Origin: Octopus vulgaris
Taxonomy: Eukaryota
Length of the DNA: 64,000 bases
Reading direction: 5' to 3'
Assembly: GCA_951406725.2 (NCBI GenBank)
Contig: OX597817.1
Coordinates: forward strand, 39,494,001 to 39,558,000
In this document: positions 26,951-39,234 of the stretch, piece by piece
How positions within the stretch are numbered: position 1 is the first letter of the stretch
Layout of the letters: each line of letters begins with the position of its first letter
Program-made: the position numbers and the translations under genes
The notes under the pieces: generated by a model
Seen by the model: only the letters and a program-made list of their open reading frames with translations
Database searches by the model: none
What the model was told of the DNA's origin: nothing

Positions 26951-27195
26951 AGGGTTGGACAAAATAATGGAAACACCTTAAAATTTCAAACAAATTTATT
27001 TTAATATGGGGTAAGGACTACCTTTGGCAATAATTACAGATTGAATTCTATGAGGTATGGATTCGTACAAAGTTTGAATTGTTTCCAAAGGAATTTTTGC
27101 CCATTCTTCAGCTAAAATAATCTCCAGTTCTTGAAGTGATGATGGTAGAGGATAACAACTCCTTACTTGTTTTTCTAAAATGCACCATACCATAA
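26949..27195 (-). mobile_element. Tc1-like transposon 3' end fragment
   Basis: Peptide VWCILEKQV...SLQELEIILAEEWAKIPLETIQTLYESIPHRIQSVIIAKG is a Tc1 transposase C-terminus; a TIR-like caagggttggacaaaataatggaaacac abuts (TA)n(CA)n. Confidence 0.8.
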
Positions 27196-27897
27196 ATGTT
27201 AAATAATATTGGATATGGCCAGTTTAAAAGCTAAAGGGTTAATTGTTTCTTTTATTTCAATATTATTTTGCTTTCTGTTACTTAATCCTTTCTTGCAAAT
27301 ATACTCATATTTCAATGAAGCAGAGGATTGTTTGTTCCTGATATGACACAGCAGGTCATGCACGAGTAAAAATAGAAATCCTTTTTAAAATGAAAATCAA
27401 TCTTGCAGCAGATATTGATATGTAGGTGTGTGAATCGTTGATTTGCATTGAATGTGGGAGTATATCTTCTTTCATCCAGGTATCTTGTATACATAGTAAC
27501 GAAAACCCCTATGATACAACCTTTTGTTTTAAATCCTGTCTCAACAGACTAATGATAGTGCATATTTTAGGGACAGGTGATTTCATTTCTTGTCTTGAAA
27601 CAAAAAAATAACTTTTCATGCTTGTATTTTCTTTGTCCCTACCTTGCAAATAGAGAATTTTTCCTTAGGAAAAAGTAACTACAAATTCCATATTTTCCCA
27701 AATACATTGATCTGGCTTTCAGAAAATAATTTCTTATAAAATTATAATTCCATCTAACCACAGTTTTATATATATGTGTATGTGTGTGTGTGTGTGTGTT
27801 TATAATAATAATATTAGGGAATAAATTATTATTCCAGCCTTACAGGCAAAATTCAGTATAATAATATTAGATCTAATTTCGTAATATATAATATATG

Positions 27898-28026
27898 TAT
27901 ATAACTAATTTAGAGATGAACCACCATTCCACAACTCAGTCAAAACCATGCTGTAAGACATATACCATACAAAATACTAATTCTTCATTGACTGAGTTGT
28001 GGAATGGTGGTTCGTCTCTAAATTGG

Positions 28027-28033
<7 letters not shown>
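27898..28033. mobile_element. Small fold-back/MITE-like element with 46-bp inverted arms in (TA)n
   Basis: tatataactaatttagagatgaaccaccattccacaactcagtcaa versus ttgactgagttgtggaatggtggttcgtctctaaattggttatata; two G-T mismatches. Confidence 0.8.
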
Positions 28034-28068
<35 letters not shown>

Positions 28069-28111
28069 TGTGAGAGAGAGAGCAGTCGCCATATTTCATT
28101 TCATAATGGTT

Positions 28112-28173
28112 ACCTCTGAAGAGTACAGGGTTACATATCTGATGAACCCCTAGTGTGAAACAATTGCTAAGAT
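28112..28173 (+). ncRNA. Degenerate minimal type-I hammerhead ribozyme motif
   Basis: ACCT-CTGAAGA-GTACAGGGTT..loop..AACCCCTAGTGT-GAAA-CAATTG(C)TA-AGAT; core boxes intact, stems imperfect. Confidence 0.45.
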
Positions 28174-28215
28174 CAGCTCTAATGGATATAAAATACTGTA
28201 CACTTCAATTTATAT

Positions 28216-28281
<66 letters not shown>

Positions 28282-28321
28282 AATGAATAACAAGAGAACA
28301 AGAGTTACATAAACACCTTCA

Positions 28322-28404
28322 TTAGCTTAAAGCTGTTTCTGCTATAAGAAGTTATGCACTCAGAGATAAGTGCTTGTGCAACATCTTATAACTTCTTCAG
28401 AGCC
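28322..28404 (-). ncRNA. Degenerate minimal type-I hammerhead ribozyme motif with long stem II
   Basis: Minus strand GGCT-CTGAAGA-A-GTTATAAGATGTTGCAC..GTGCATAACTTCTTATAGC-A-GAAA-CAGCTTTA-AGCT; one substitution relative to GAAACAGCTGTA seen in the 22.4-kb copy. Confidence 0.55.
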
Positions 28405-29868
28405 AATAAATCAGCGTGTGTGTTGTGTGTGTGTCTCACTTTCTCTCTCTCTCTCTCTGTTTCTCATATAATGATACTGGCAGGTATACACTGGTTCTAT
28501 TAAACAATGGTAACATTGTTTATAATTAATGTGCAACAGAAAACGCTATTCAATATTCAACAGGTTGCATATTTACAAGTATGTGACATTTTAATTCTAT
28601 TTCTATTTTTCTACAAAACATTGTTTTGTGGTTGTTGAAAGAAATAAATGGAGTCCTTGTTCTTATATTCATTTTATTTTCCATTGTTGCAAACATTTCC
28701 CAGTTATTATTCTCCACCTTTCCCGAAATACTTTTTAATTCTTTGTCATTTGCATTTGTGTGCGACCGGTTTTCATACTTTGGCCACAGTTTCATACTTA
28801 TCTACATCACCCCCACTTGAAAAACTATGCATAAAACAGCCTTTTTATTGAGCTGTGTTTTTTTCACCTTTATTTAAGCAAAAGCTAAAGAAATTATAAC
28901 TAAAGTAACTTTATATAAAACATTTGAAGAGAAGCCATTTGTTTCAATTTGTGACAGTACCTTGCTCTGAGAAAATCGACTTTTCGTCTTTCGTTATTAT
29001 TTTTTTTTCCCTCTAAAGCTCAGAATATTACGGAATGATATTCTGTACAGATTGTATTCAACTGGATTTATTAAATTGTAAATATCATTTTTATACATAT
29101 ATTTATATATATAGATAAGATCTGTCTTACCCTCTCTCTCTCTTTCTACATCGTTCTCTCTCTGTCTTATCCTCTCTCTCTCTCTTCCAATGTTGTTCTC
29201 GCTGTCTGTATGTAGCTCTCTCTAACAGTTACTCTCTATTTCTTTTGTCTCTCTCTCTCTCTCTCACATTTGTTGTCTTTCTCCATTACTCTGATTTATT
29301 CTCATTTATCTGTTACATCTTCTCGTTTTCCTCCTCTCTGTCATATCTCATCTTTTCATTTCATAAGGTCTCTTTTGATCCCGTTTGGACTATCTTTCTC
29401 TCTCATACTCATGTATATTTTTTTTCCTACATTTTCACATATACAAATGCACATGCACACACATGCATGCCATAACAACGAGTCTAAATCTTCAATCATT
29501 CATTATAATGTGTGTGTGTGTGTGTGTGATTTAATCAGCAATAATTATAAAATGATACAATGGCCTGGAGTTTTGTACATTGGCTCATATACTCATGTAT
29601 TGAGTTTTATTTTCCTATCTGTATCACCCCCACCACATATATAAACACACACATACACATATAATACATGTCAGTGCTCCAGTATGGCTGCAGTCAAATG
29701 ACTGAAACAAGTAAATGACTTAAAGAATATATATATATATGCATGCATGCATACACACATACATACACACATAGATACACACACACATACATACATACAT
29801 ACACACATACATACATACACACACATACATACACACACATACATACACATACATACACACACACACAC

Positions 29869-29929
<61 letters not shown>

Positions 29930-30230
29930 TACAGATATGCATACCTTCTCTGATGTTATTTCAAGCATTAACAGAAGACTATCAACTCTATGATAATAAT
30001 AGTTGACAAAGTCTTTGCAAATATTTTCTATTTTTATTTGAATTCTGCCATTTTCTGATGTAATAGAAAGAATATGAATGAAATACTGTCCCATTCTTTT
30101 CTAAAACCACTCCACCACCTTCATAGACTTCTAAGTCTTCTTTACGTCAAACATATTTAACATGCTTCCATTTCAAGTTGTCATAAAATATTTCTAAGAA
30201 TATTTCATCTGTAATATCAAATAACATCAA

Positions 30231-30442
30231 ATTATTTACAATGGACGGATAAGTGTCTTAACCTTGTTTGTTGCTATCACGACATTTCAGCTGATGTTTT
30301 CTCCAGCCTTCATCAAGTGTTCTGGTGGAAATGGGTTCAAAATTCCACCAGAACACCCGATGAAGGCTGGAGAGTACAACAGCTGAAACGTTGTGATAAC
30401 TACAAACAAGGTGAGGACACCTATCTGTCCATTGTAAATAAT
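30231..30442. repeat. ~100-bp-arm imperfect palindrome; each arm has a degenerate hammerhead motif (Penelope pseudo-LTR-like)
   Basis: Arms ~30231-30330 and ~30343-30442 are reverse complements around a ~12-nt loop. Confidence 0.8.
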
Positions 30443-31521
30443 GTACATAATTCCACATCTCAAAAATATAGAATAGTAATATCAATTTATTTTTAATCCT
30501 ATTTTTTTTTGTGGTTTCAGTCATTGAACTGAGGCCATGCTGGAGTCTCCACCACCTTCAAACGTTTTTAGTCAATTATATTGACCCTAGTAATTATTTC
30601 AGTTTAGTACTTACTTTCTTATTTTATCAATCTTTATTTGTCACATTGCTAAGTTACAAGGCATAAAGAGATGCAATATTAATGACACTGGCTTCTAGTT
30701 AAATATAAACATACAGACACGAACACACAAACACAGACATATCAAAAATATATATACATGTGTGTGTGTACTCACATGCACATACATTATGTAATATATA
30801 TACATGCACATACATTCACTCACATACACATGTACATATACAAATAATGAGTTTCTGTACAGTGTCTGTGAATTAAATTCTGTTCATATTCACTTACTCA
30901 GGTGTTTAGTAGAAGATGCTTGCCTAATACGCTGCACATTCAGATTGAACCTGGAACCATGTGATTGCAAAGCAAATGTCTTAACCATCCAACCATGACT
31001 ACACCAAGGCCAAATAGTTTTTTTCTCTGTTTCAGAATAACTCTTACAAAAAATGTTATTCAGTAAACATATTCTCTATCTCTTTCACTCCAGGTAACAT
31101 ACAGTGAAAACTTCATTCAACAGCTCCATAAGTGTTTTTATCTTTTTTACTATTACATGGTAACCCTTGAGAAATGCAATTATTTACTTTGCCAGTTTTA
31201 GCCTTCTATACCTCATTTGCTGGCTTACAAGATGTACCCCTATTTTATGTACACCATTCACTATATTCATAAGTCCAACCTATTTCTAGTTTTCATATCC
31301 TCTCTACTTTCTATCCAACTCATATTTAAACCAGCCTTCACTCTCTCCATACAATCTTGCAACAGCTACCCATCCACCCTTCTTGTTCTTCTATTCCCAG
31401 GATGCACCCTGCCACCTCATCATTACCAAATTACAAATTAAGGAAGTTACTTTAACCTAAAATTTTTATTCCTTTATCACCCCAACCAAAATTAATTATA
31501 AATAATTTTATTTATAAAATT

Positions 31522-31707
31522 AATTAAAAATAAATAGGTGTAGGAGTGACTGTGTGGTAAGTAGGTTGCTTACAAACCACATGGTTCCGGGTTCAGTCCC
31601 ATTGAGTGGTACCTTGGGCAAGTGTCTTGTACTATAGCCTCAGGCCGACCAAAGCTTTGTGAGTGGATTTGGTGGACAGAAACTGAAAGAAGTCCGTCTT
31701 ATATATG

Positions 31708-31769
<62 letters not shown>

Positions 31770-32156
31770 TGTGTTTGTGTTTGTCCCCCCAACATCGCTT
31801 AACAACTGATGCTGGTATGTTTACGGTTCAGCAAAAGTGAGCGATAGAATAAGTACTAGGCTTACAAAGAATAAGTTCTGGGGTCGATTTGCTCAACTAA
31901 AGGCGGTGCTCCAGCATGGCCACAGTCACATGACTGAAACAAGTAAAAGAGTAAAAAGTAAATCATATTAAATTAAAAATAAATAGGTGTAGGAGTGGCT
32001 GTGTGGTAAGTAGCTTGCTTACAAACCACATGGTCCCGGGTTCAGTCCCATTACGTAGCACCTTGGGCAAGTGTCTTGTACTATAGCCTCAGGCCGACCA
32101 AAGCTTTGTGAGTGGATTTGGTGGACAGAAACTGAAAGAAGTCCGTCTTATATATG

Positions 32157-32210
<54 letters not shown>

Positions 32211-32417
32211 TGTTTGTCGTCCCAACATCGCTTAAAAACTGATGCTGGTGTGTTTACGTCCCCGTAACTTAGCGGTTCGGCAAAAGTGAGCGATAGAATA
32301 AGTACTAGGCTTACAAAGAATAAGTTCTGGGGTCGATTTGCTCAACTAAAGGTGGTGCTCCAGCATGGCTACAGTCACATGACTGAAACAAGTAAAAGAG
32401 TAAAAAGTAAATCATAT
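31522..32417 (+). repeat. Tandem duplication (~448-bp unit) of a family-A SINE plus flanks
   Basis: Both units start aattaaaaataaataggtgtaggagtg and end aaagagtaaaaagtaaatcatat; they differ by several substitutions, microsatellite length and a short deletion in copy 1. Confidence 0.85.
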
Positions 32418-33179
32418 ATAAATCAACAATTTAGATAATAATATAAACTCAATAGGGTCTTTTTGTCCCTTTAAACCATGTGTGTCTCCCTTTCCAGCTC
32501 CACTCCTACCAACTCTTGCATAACATGAACAGTCATATATTTCCTCTGCAGCTAGTAACTTCTAGCTTCTTCCTTCATACTTTAACCTTTCTTCACCTCG
32601 CCTAAAGCTCCCTCACCACTTCTCTCTACTTAGTCAAAGAGAATCTTAGTCTTGCAATGTATATGGCCACCTCACTAGTGCTGGTGCCACAAAGGAAAAC
32701 ATAGTCTACTCTGAAAAGCAGTTGGTGTTAGGAATGGCATCCAGCAGTAGAAACCATGCCAAAGCAGACATTAAAGCAGGATACAGTTCTCCTCATCAGA
32801 TCCTGCCAAACTGTCCAACCTGTACCTGCATGGAAGATGGACATTAAAAGAAGGTAGTGATGGTGTTGTTGATGAGGGTGATGGGAGTGGTAACAATGAT
32901 AATGATGATGTTCACAACATTGTTGTTGTCATCAGTGCTCAGTCAAAGAGTGTATTTGTAAGAAAATCCTTGTAAAATGAGCAGTTAGTGGAAGAATGGA
33001 AGAATTTATGAAATATGAAGAAAATTAATGTGAAGAAACAGACAGAATTGTTCATTTTATTTTAATTTACAATTTGCAAATCAATTTTAAAAATTGACAT
33101 ATTTCAGTTTTTCTTTTACATTTTAAGGATTTCTATGGTATATTTAATTGTTGTTAGTTTTTTTTTTTGAATACTTTGA

Positions 33180-33339
33180 GGGCATCATCAACATCATTAT
33201 GTCTGCTGTAATCATTACCAGCACCACAGCCAACACCACAAACACTACCACCACCACTGTCATCAGAATCACCACCACCACCATCATCGTTGCTGCAATC
33301 ATCTTTGTCATTGTCTTCACCAGCAATATTACCCCACCA

Positions 33340-33373
<34 letters not shown>

Positions 33374-33680
33374 GTAACATTATTGCTGTAATCTTTGTTT
33401 TTATCAATACCACTGCCATCATCACCGGCGACATTATAACTATAACTGTACTATCATCATCATCACAGTCATTGTTGTCGTTATTGTCAATACCACAACA
33501 ACTGCAACCACTACCACCACCACAACAACAACCACCACAACCACCACAACCACAACCATCAATCCATCACCACCACCACCACCACCAACCTCCACAACCA
33601 CCACCACCACTACCACCACTACCACCATTACTACCACCACCACCACCACCACCACCACCTCAACAACAACAACAACAACC
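33180..33680. repeat. Compound trinucleotide microsatellite (CAT/CAC/CAA)n
   Basis: Directly visible; similar tracts at 36050-36285 and 48985-49205. Confidence 0.9.
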
Positions 33681-34184
33681 GTTAGCACACCGGGCAAGTC
33701 TGTCCTTATGTTCTGAGTTCAAATTCTGCTGCAGTTAACTTTGCCTTTCATCCTTTCAGGGTTGATAAATTAAGTTCCAGTGAAATACTGGGGTTGATGT
33801 AATCGACTAGTCCCCTCCCCCAAATTTCAGACCTTGTGCTCATAGTAAAAACAATGATTGTTGTTGTTGCTGTTGCTGCTGTTGTTGTTGTTGTTAAGCA
33901 ACAAGACAGCTTAGAGTGATTAGGTGATGGTCTAGGGCTTAGGGGCCCCAGACCTTGGAAAAAAAAAATTTTGGTCGTCTTGTTGTAGTCGAGGGCTTTT
34001 CATTGACGCCTGATGCCACTGGGAGGTGGCCCTCGAAGTCGCTGGAAATGGAGATCTCCAGGTCCAAATTCTTGAACGGCTGCTGCTGCTGCTGCTGTTG
34101 TTGTTGTTGTTGTTGTCGTTGTTATTGTTTCAACAAAAAAAAAAACAAACATGGAATTAAATATATAATTATTTTTCATTTCAG

Positions 34185-34246
34185 ATGAACAAGAAAGAGT
34201 CCAAAAGAAGACATTTACCAACTGGATGAATACATATTTATGCCAG
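34185..34246 (+). CDS. SYNE1: Nesprin-1/Msp300-like gene, CH1 domain exon A: (D)EQERVQKKTFTNWMNTYLCQ
   Basis: Acceptor atttttcatttcag|AT and donor CAG|gtataa; 62 nt, phase 1 start and phase 0 end. The translation contains the ABS1 motif QKKTFTNW of spectrin-family CH1 domains. The gene symbol means SYNE1-like; calmin or another paralog is not excluded. Confidence 0.9.
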
Positions 34247-34309
34247 GTATAATCTTATTTTACTCTTCAAAAAATACAATCTTTACACTGCTTCGTTAAG
34301 CAAGGTTGG

Positions 34310-34725
34310 TATGGATACAGTATGACAAAGTGACCAGTGAGTGGTACGAATGTAGTATGATAGTGACAGATGAATGGTATGAATGTAGTATAATAGTGAC
34401 AGATGAATGATATGAATGTAGTGTAACAGTGACAGATGAACAGTATAAATTCAGTGTGACAGTACGACAGATGAGTGGTATGAATGCAGTATGATGATGA
34501 CAGATGAATGGTATGAATGCAATGTGACTATAGAAACTGACTGATATGAGTTGCAATATAATAGCATGATAGATGAATGATACGAATGCTGTGTGGTAGC
34601 ATGTCACATAAGTGATATGTACGCAGTGAGAGTGTGTAACTGAGGGATTGAACACAGGGTGACAAATAAATGGTGTGAATAGCACGACAATTTGACACAT
34701 GAATGGTATGGAGTGTAGCATGGTC
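34310..34725. repeat. ~33-bp degenerate minisatellite (GTGACAGATGAATGGTATGAATGTAGTATGATA)
   Basis: About 12 progressively diverging units starting ~65 nt after the exon A donor. Confidence 0.8.
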
Positions 34726-35477
34726 GGGTGGCCACAGTTATTATCTAATCTATTCTTGTATTCCTGTTGTTATTGATCCTGAGGTCCACTAGAGTCATGC
34801 TGACCTTATGTTGATAATGTTTCATCACGACCATCCCATCTTTGCTCAGGCGTAGTCTATCTTGGATTATGTTACCCAATATGTACTTCCTTGTTTAAAA
34901 CAATTGGATGTGATTTTAAGAGAGATTTGTGTGCTATTTTTAGTCGTTTGACCATTACTCAGTAATTTCCATTTATGGTGGTGGTCACAGCAGCAGTGCG
35001 CCAGGTGAACTCAACCAGGGAGTGGCAGTTACTGATATTCTGTTTTCATAACTGAGGGTTTATATTTCATCAGAATGTTTGGGAAAGTATGACGCCATTG
35101 AAACTGCAGCTATTTCTGTGTGTGTGCATGTGTGGGCGTGTGTTCATGCCTCTGTGTGTGTGTGTGTGTGTGTGTGTGCATGTTGTGGCAAAAGAGTCAG
35201 CAGAAGTTCGCCATTACCTTCTGCCGGAGCTGCGTGGAGCTGAGGGGTTTCACTCATAAATATATACATTGCCCTGTCTGAGATTTGAACCCGCGATCCC
35301 TCGACCGTGAGTCTGCTGCTCTAACCACTAGGCCATGTGCCTCCACACACAGACACACACACACACACATATATATATAGTTAATCCAAACATGAACAAA
35401 GAGAAAACACAACAATACAAGGACATGGAACAAGTATAGTGTTATTGGATGCTCAGGAAAGGAAAGGAAAAAATGAG

Positions 35478-35513
35478 GATTTAACGTCTTGAGCGGAGCT
35501 CTTCATTAGAAAC
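35478..35513 (-). ncRNA. Degenerate minimal hammerhead motif in a short Penelope-like remnant (~35380-35600)
   Basis: Minus strand TTT-CTAATGA-A-GAGC-TCC-GCTC-AAGAC-GTT-AAA; stems are intact but both core boxes are mutated. Confidence 0.35.
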
Positions 35514-35632
35514 ATAGAAAAAGGAAAGGTCCAAGGAAGGGAAGACGGAGAAAGAAAATAGCCGACAATACACACACGGTCACATATTGAAATGACAGGA
35601 AGGGAATGTATGTATTTATACGTATACATACA

Positions 35633-35674
<42 letters not shown>

Positions 35675-36513
35675 GTACATACACACACACACTCTTATAT
35701 GACGGAATAAACACAACATGCAGTTTATGTCAGCCATTTGTTCCTTACACACACACGTGTGTGTGTGTGCACACACACATGTGTTTGTGCATAATGTGCA
35801 TAACATATAGACAGGTTTTAAAATTAATGACAATCTCAACATTACAATGGAAACCAGTACATGCCAATAATATTGATGTTTGTTTTGCTTTTCCCAATGA
35901 CATTATCACTATGGAGATAGTCATGCAAAGGTTGCAGGTTTAAATACCACAATAAACAACATTATCTCTCTCTCTTGCTCAGCCAGCACAAAACAGTGAA
36001 AATGCAGTTACACAAAATTTACCTTATAGTGTATAAGTTGCAGAACATGATTGGTTGTTGTCAGTAGTAATGGTAATTGTAGTTGTGGTGGTGGCGGTGG
36101 TGGTTTTGGTAGTAGTAGTAGTTGTGGTGATGGTAGTAGTAGAAGTTGTGGTGGTGTTGGTTGTAGGAGTTATTTTTGTCATTGTGGTAGTGATGGTGGT
36201 GGTGGTGATGGCAGTAGTAGTAATAGTAGTGGTGGTGGAGATAGTTGTAGTAGTAGTAGTAGTAGTAGTTGCTGTTTTTGTTGAATAACACTTAGTCAGC
36301 CTGCGCATGTAGATCCATGACACAAAGGCAGTTGGTTTGATATTTAGAAACAATGTACAAGGCCATTATTGTCATCATCATCCTCATCATTTCTAACTTT
36401 ACTTTCATTGAGACAGATTATTCTATGGCTGGACATCCTTCTTGTTGCCAGCCTTCACCCGTTTCCAAGCAAGGTTGTTATTTCCCTATGGCCAGATATG
36501 GTTTTATAGAAGA

Positions 36514-36902
36514 TTAGTACTATTGCCTGGCGTTGCTCGGGTTTGTTTTGACCCTTTAAAATTGGAATTTTTGAAAAGTAAAAAATTTGCATTATGTAGC
36601 TTGTTATTCTCTTCAAGTGAACATTTTTCTGGTTGAAATACACCGAAAAATGGTGACACAGCAGTCAAAAAAATCGTAAAAAATAGGGATTTTCATAGAA
36701 AAAAAAGCACCTTTTTGATGTAAATAATTTTTGGTGTTAACATGGTCTGATTTGAATTTTATCTACGGAAGGAAGAGCAAGCCTTCTTCTATCATACTCT
36801 CAATTTTGGTCAACTTGCACCACAGGGTCTCAGAGGAGATAGTGTTAGTTGAAGGCTACCAAACCTGTCACTCACAGACAACTTCAGCTTTATATATATA
36901 GA
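36514..36902 (-). mobile_element. Non-autonomous Helitron
   Basis: On the minus strand: A|TCTATATATATAAAG 5' end, subterminal GC hairpin CCCGAGCAACGCCAGG, 3' CTAA|T end (CTRR); inserted between A and T without a TSD. Confidence 0.7.
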
Positions 36903-37684
36903 TTGGAAACAAAGGACTCTGCTTGTACAATGTTGTTGCTTGTTTACAAACATGTGATGTTAAAACAAGAAGACAAACACATCCCCACACACATGCACAT
37001 ACTTGTTTGCATGTATGCATGTCATTGTTCAGTTTTATTTCAAGATTTCTTGCCAATAGAGAAAGAGCCGGTTTCTAACCTAGATCCAAGGTTCCTTCAT
37101 TGGAATTTCAACATCAACAACATGCATGTATACATGTTGTTGAAGTTGTAACCAAATTTTTTAATGACTGGCACCTGTGCCAGTGGCGCGCTATCAGCTC
37201 CATCTGAGTGGGATCACTGCCAGAGCAGCTGTATGGCTTCCATGCTGGTGGCATGTAAAAAGCACCATTTGAGCGTGATCGTTACCAGTGTCGCCTTACT
37301 GGCACATGAACAAAACATTTGAGTGAGGTCATTGCCAGTGCCGCTGGACCCACTCCTGTGCAGGTGGCACATAAAAATCACCATTTGATTATGGCCATTG
37401 CCAGTACCGCCAGACTGGCCCCCGTGCCGGTGGCATGTAAAAGCACCCACTACACTCTCAGAGTGGTTGGTGTTAGGAAGGGCATCCAGCTGTAGAAACT
37501 CTGCCAGATCAAGACTGGAGCCTGGTGCAGCCATCTGGTTCGCCAGCCCTCAGTCAAATTGGCCAACCCATGCTAGCATGGAAAGCGGACATTAAATGAT
37601 GATGATGATGTATATGTGCTGATTTGTATGTTCTGTTTTATGTATGTCTTCTCATGCATATACTTGCATATCTAGTCATTATCA

Positions 37685-37962
37685 TATATACTTAAATGAT
37701 AAACTTCTGGAAAGTTTTACAGATTTTTACAGTTCCAGTGATGGATTGGATCTGTATTCTTTGAGTGAACTTTCTCCTTTCTGGTTTTGAGAAGCCTAAT
37801 TTCTCAAAATTGGTATTTAGGCAGTGTGTTACATATCCTAGTGCCCCAATAATTACAGGTATAAACCTGAACTTGTAATCTGGATAGAGTAACTGCAGGT
37901 TTCTCAATAGTTCAGTGTAGCTATTCTCTTTTTCACTGATCTTCAGCTTTATGTTAATGTCT
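37685..37962 (-). mobile_element. Restriction-like-endonuclease non-LTR retrotransposon (R4/Dong-like) C-terminal fragment
   Basis: Peptide KISEKENSYTELLRNLQLLYPDYKFRFIPVIIGALG...SITGTVKICKTF. Confidence 0.65.
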
Positions 37963-38099
37963 CTCTGTTTGTCCATCCATCCCACACACATAAAAAACAA
38001 AATAAAGATAAGGTGGTGACTTGACTGAGACATTATAATGTTAGGTAGAATGCCTTGTAGTATTTATTCTGATTCTTTCCTCTCTGAGTTCAAATTCCA

Positions 38100-38340
38100 T
38101 AAGCAACTCTTAGCGTGAAAAAATGTTTCTGAAAGTCATGGGGGCTGTGCTGTTTTCTGACTTTGTAAACATGTCCACGGGTGTTAGATAGGTGGAGTTT
38201 GAAAAGGTGCTCAGAGTTATTGTTTGTAAGATGGTTAATAATTTTATGGGTGTCTGCCAAGTCAGCTGCCAGACGTCGGAGTTTCAATGTATCCATGCCC
38301 AGGGAAGTAAAGCGTTCAGAATATGGCAAATACCTGATGG
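38100..38340 (-). mobile_element. CR1/L2-group LINE ORF2 C-terminal fragment
   Basis: [23 protein letters not shown]...TRGHVYKV...HFFTLRV matches YxERLxxLxLxxLxxRRxxxD...TRGH...FFxxRV. Confidence 0.8.
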
Positions 38341-38368
38341 ATGGTATTCATATATATATGTACATATA

Positions 38369-38402
<34 letters not shown>

Positions 38403-39234
38403 ATATATGTGCTTGTATATGTATGTATGTATATATATGTGCTTGTATATGTATGTATGTATATATATGTGCTTGTATATGTATGTATGTATGTATATGT
38501 GCTTGTATATATATATATATATATTATATGTACCTATTTATACACACACACATATGTTCATCCAATTACACACTATTAAAAATATGTAAATATATGTAGA
38601 GCAAGGTAATATTTTCTCTTGGCCAACATGTTTCTCACTGAAGGTTGGGAATAAACAATGCTACTTAGATGATGGTGATGCTCATTTACAACTATTGTGA
38701 GATCTCCATATATGGGCACACCCATGCTTGCACGAACACACACATGCTTGCACGAACACACACACACATACATGCACACAAGGAACTTCCAGTTTCCAAC
38801 TATCAAATCCTCTCCCAAGGTTTTAGTCTGTCAGGGACTCTACCAGAAGACACTTGCTCAAAGTGCCCTGCTGTAGGACTGAACCAGAAATCACATGGTT
38901 GGTAAGTCTGTGTGGGTGTTTGTACCTGTTTGATGTCCCCTAACACTTGACAACAGGTGTCAGTTTGTTTATATCCCTGTAACTTAACACTTCACCAAAG
39001 GAGACTGACAGACTGAATAAGTACCAGCTTAAAAAAAAATGCACTGGGGTGGATTTGGTGGACTAAAACTCCTCAAGGTGGTGTTCTTGCATGGCTGCAG
39101 TCCAATGATGGAAACAAGTAAAATAGGGTAAAAGAAGAAAAAAAAAATTGAATGCACCTTTCTGTTGCCTTTTCTAAGTAAGTTGTTGGAATTACAGTAA
39201 AATGGTTTCATTGGTGACATGTACTGTTATTGTG

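Noticed and set aside
28550-28851. Non-repetitive overlapping ORFs of 64-81 aa
   Set aside because: No domain similarity or splice support; may be regulatory/UTR sequence but unsupported.
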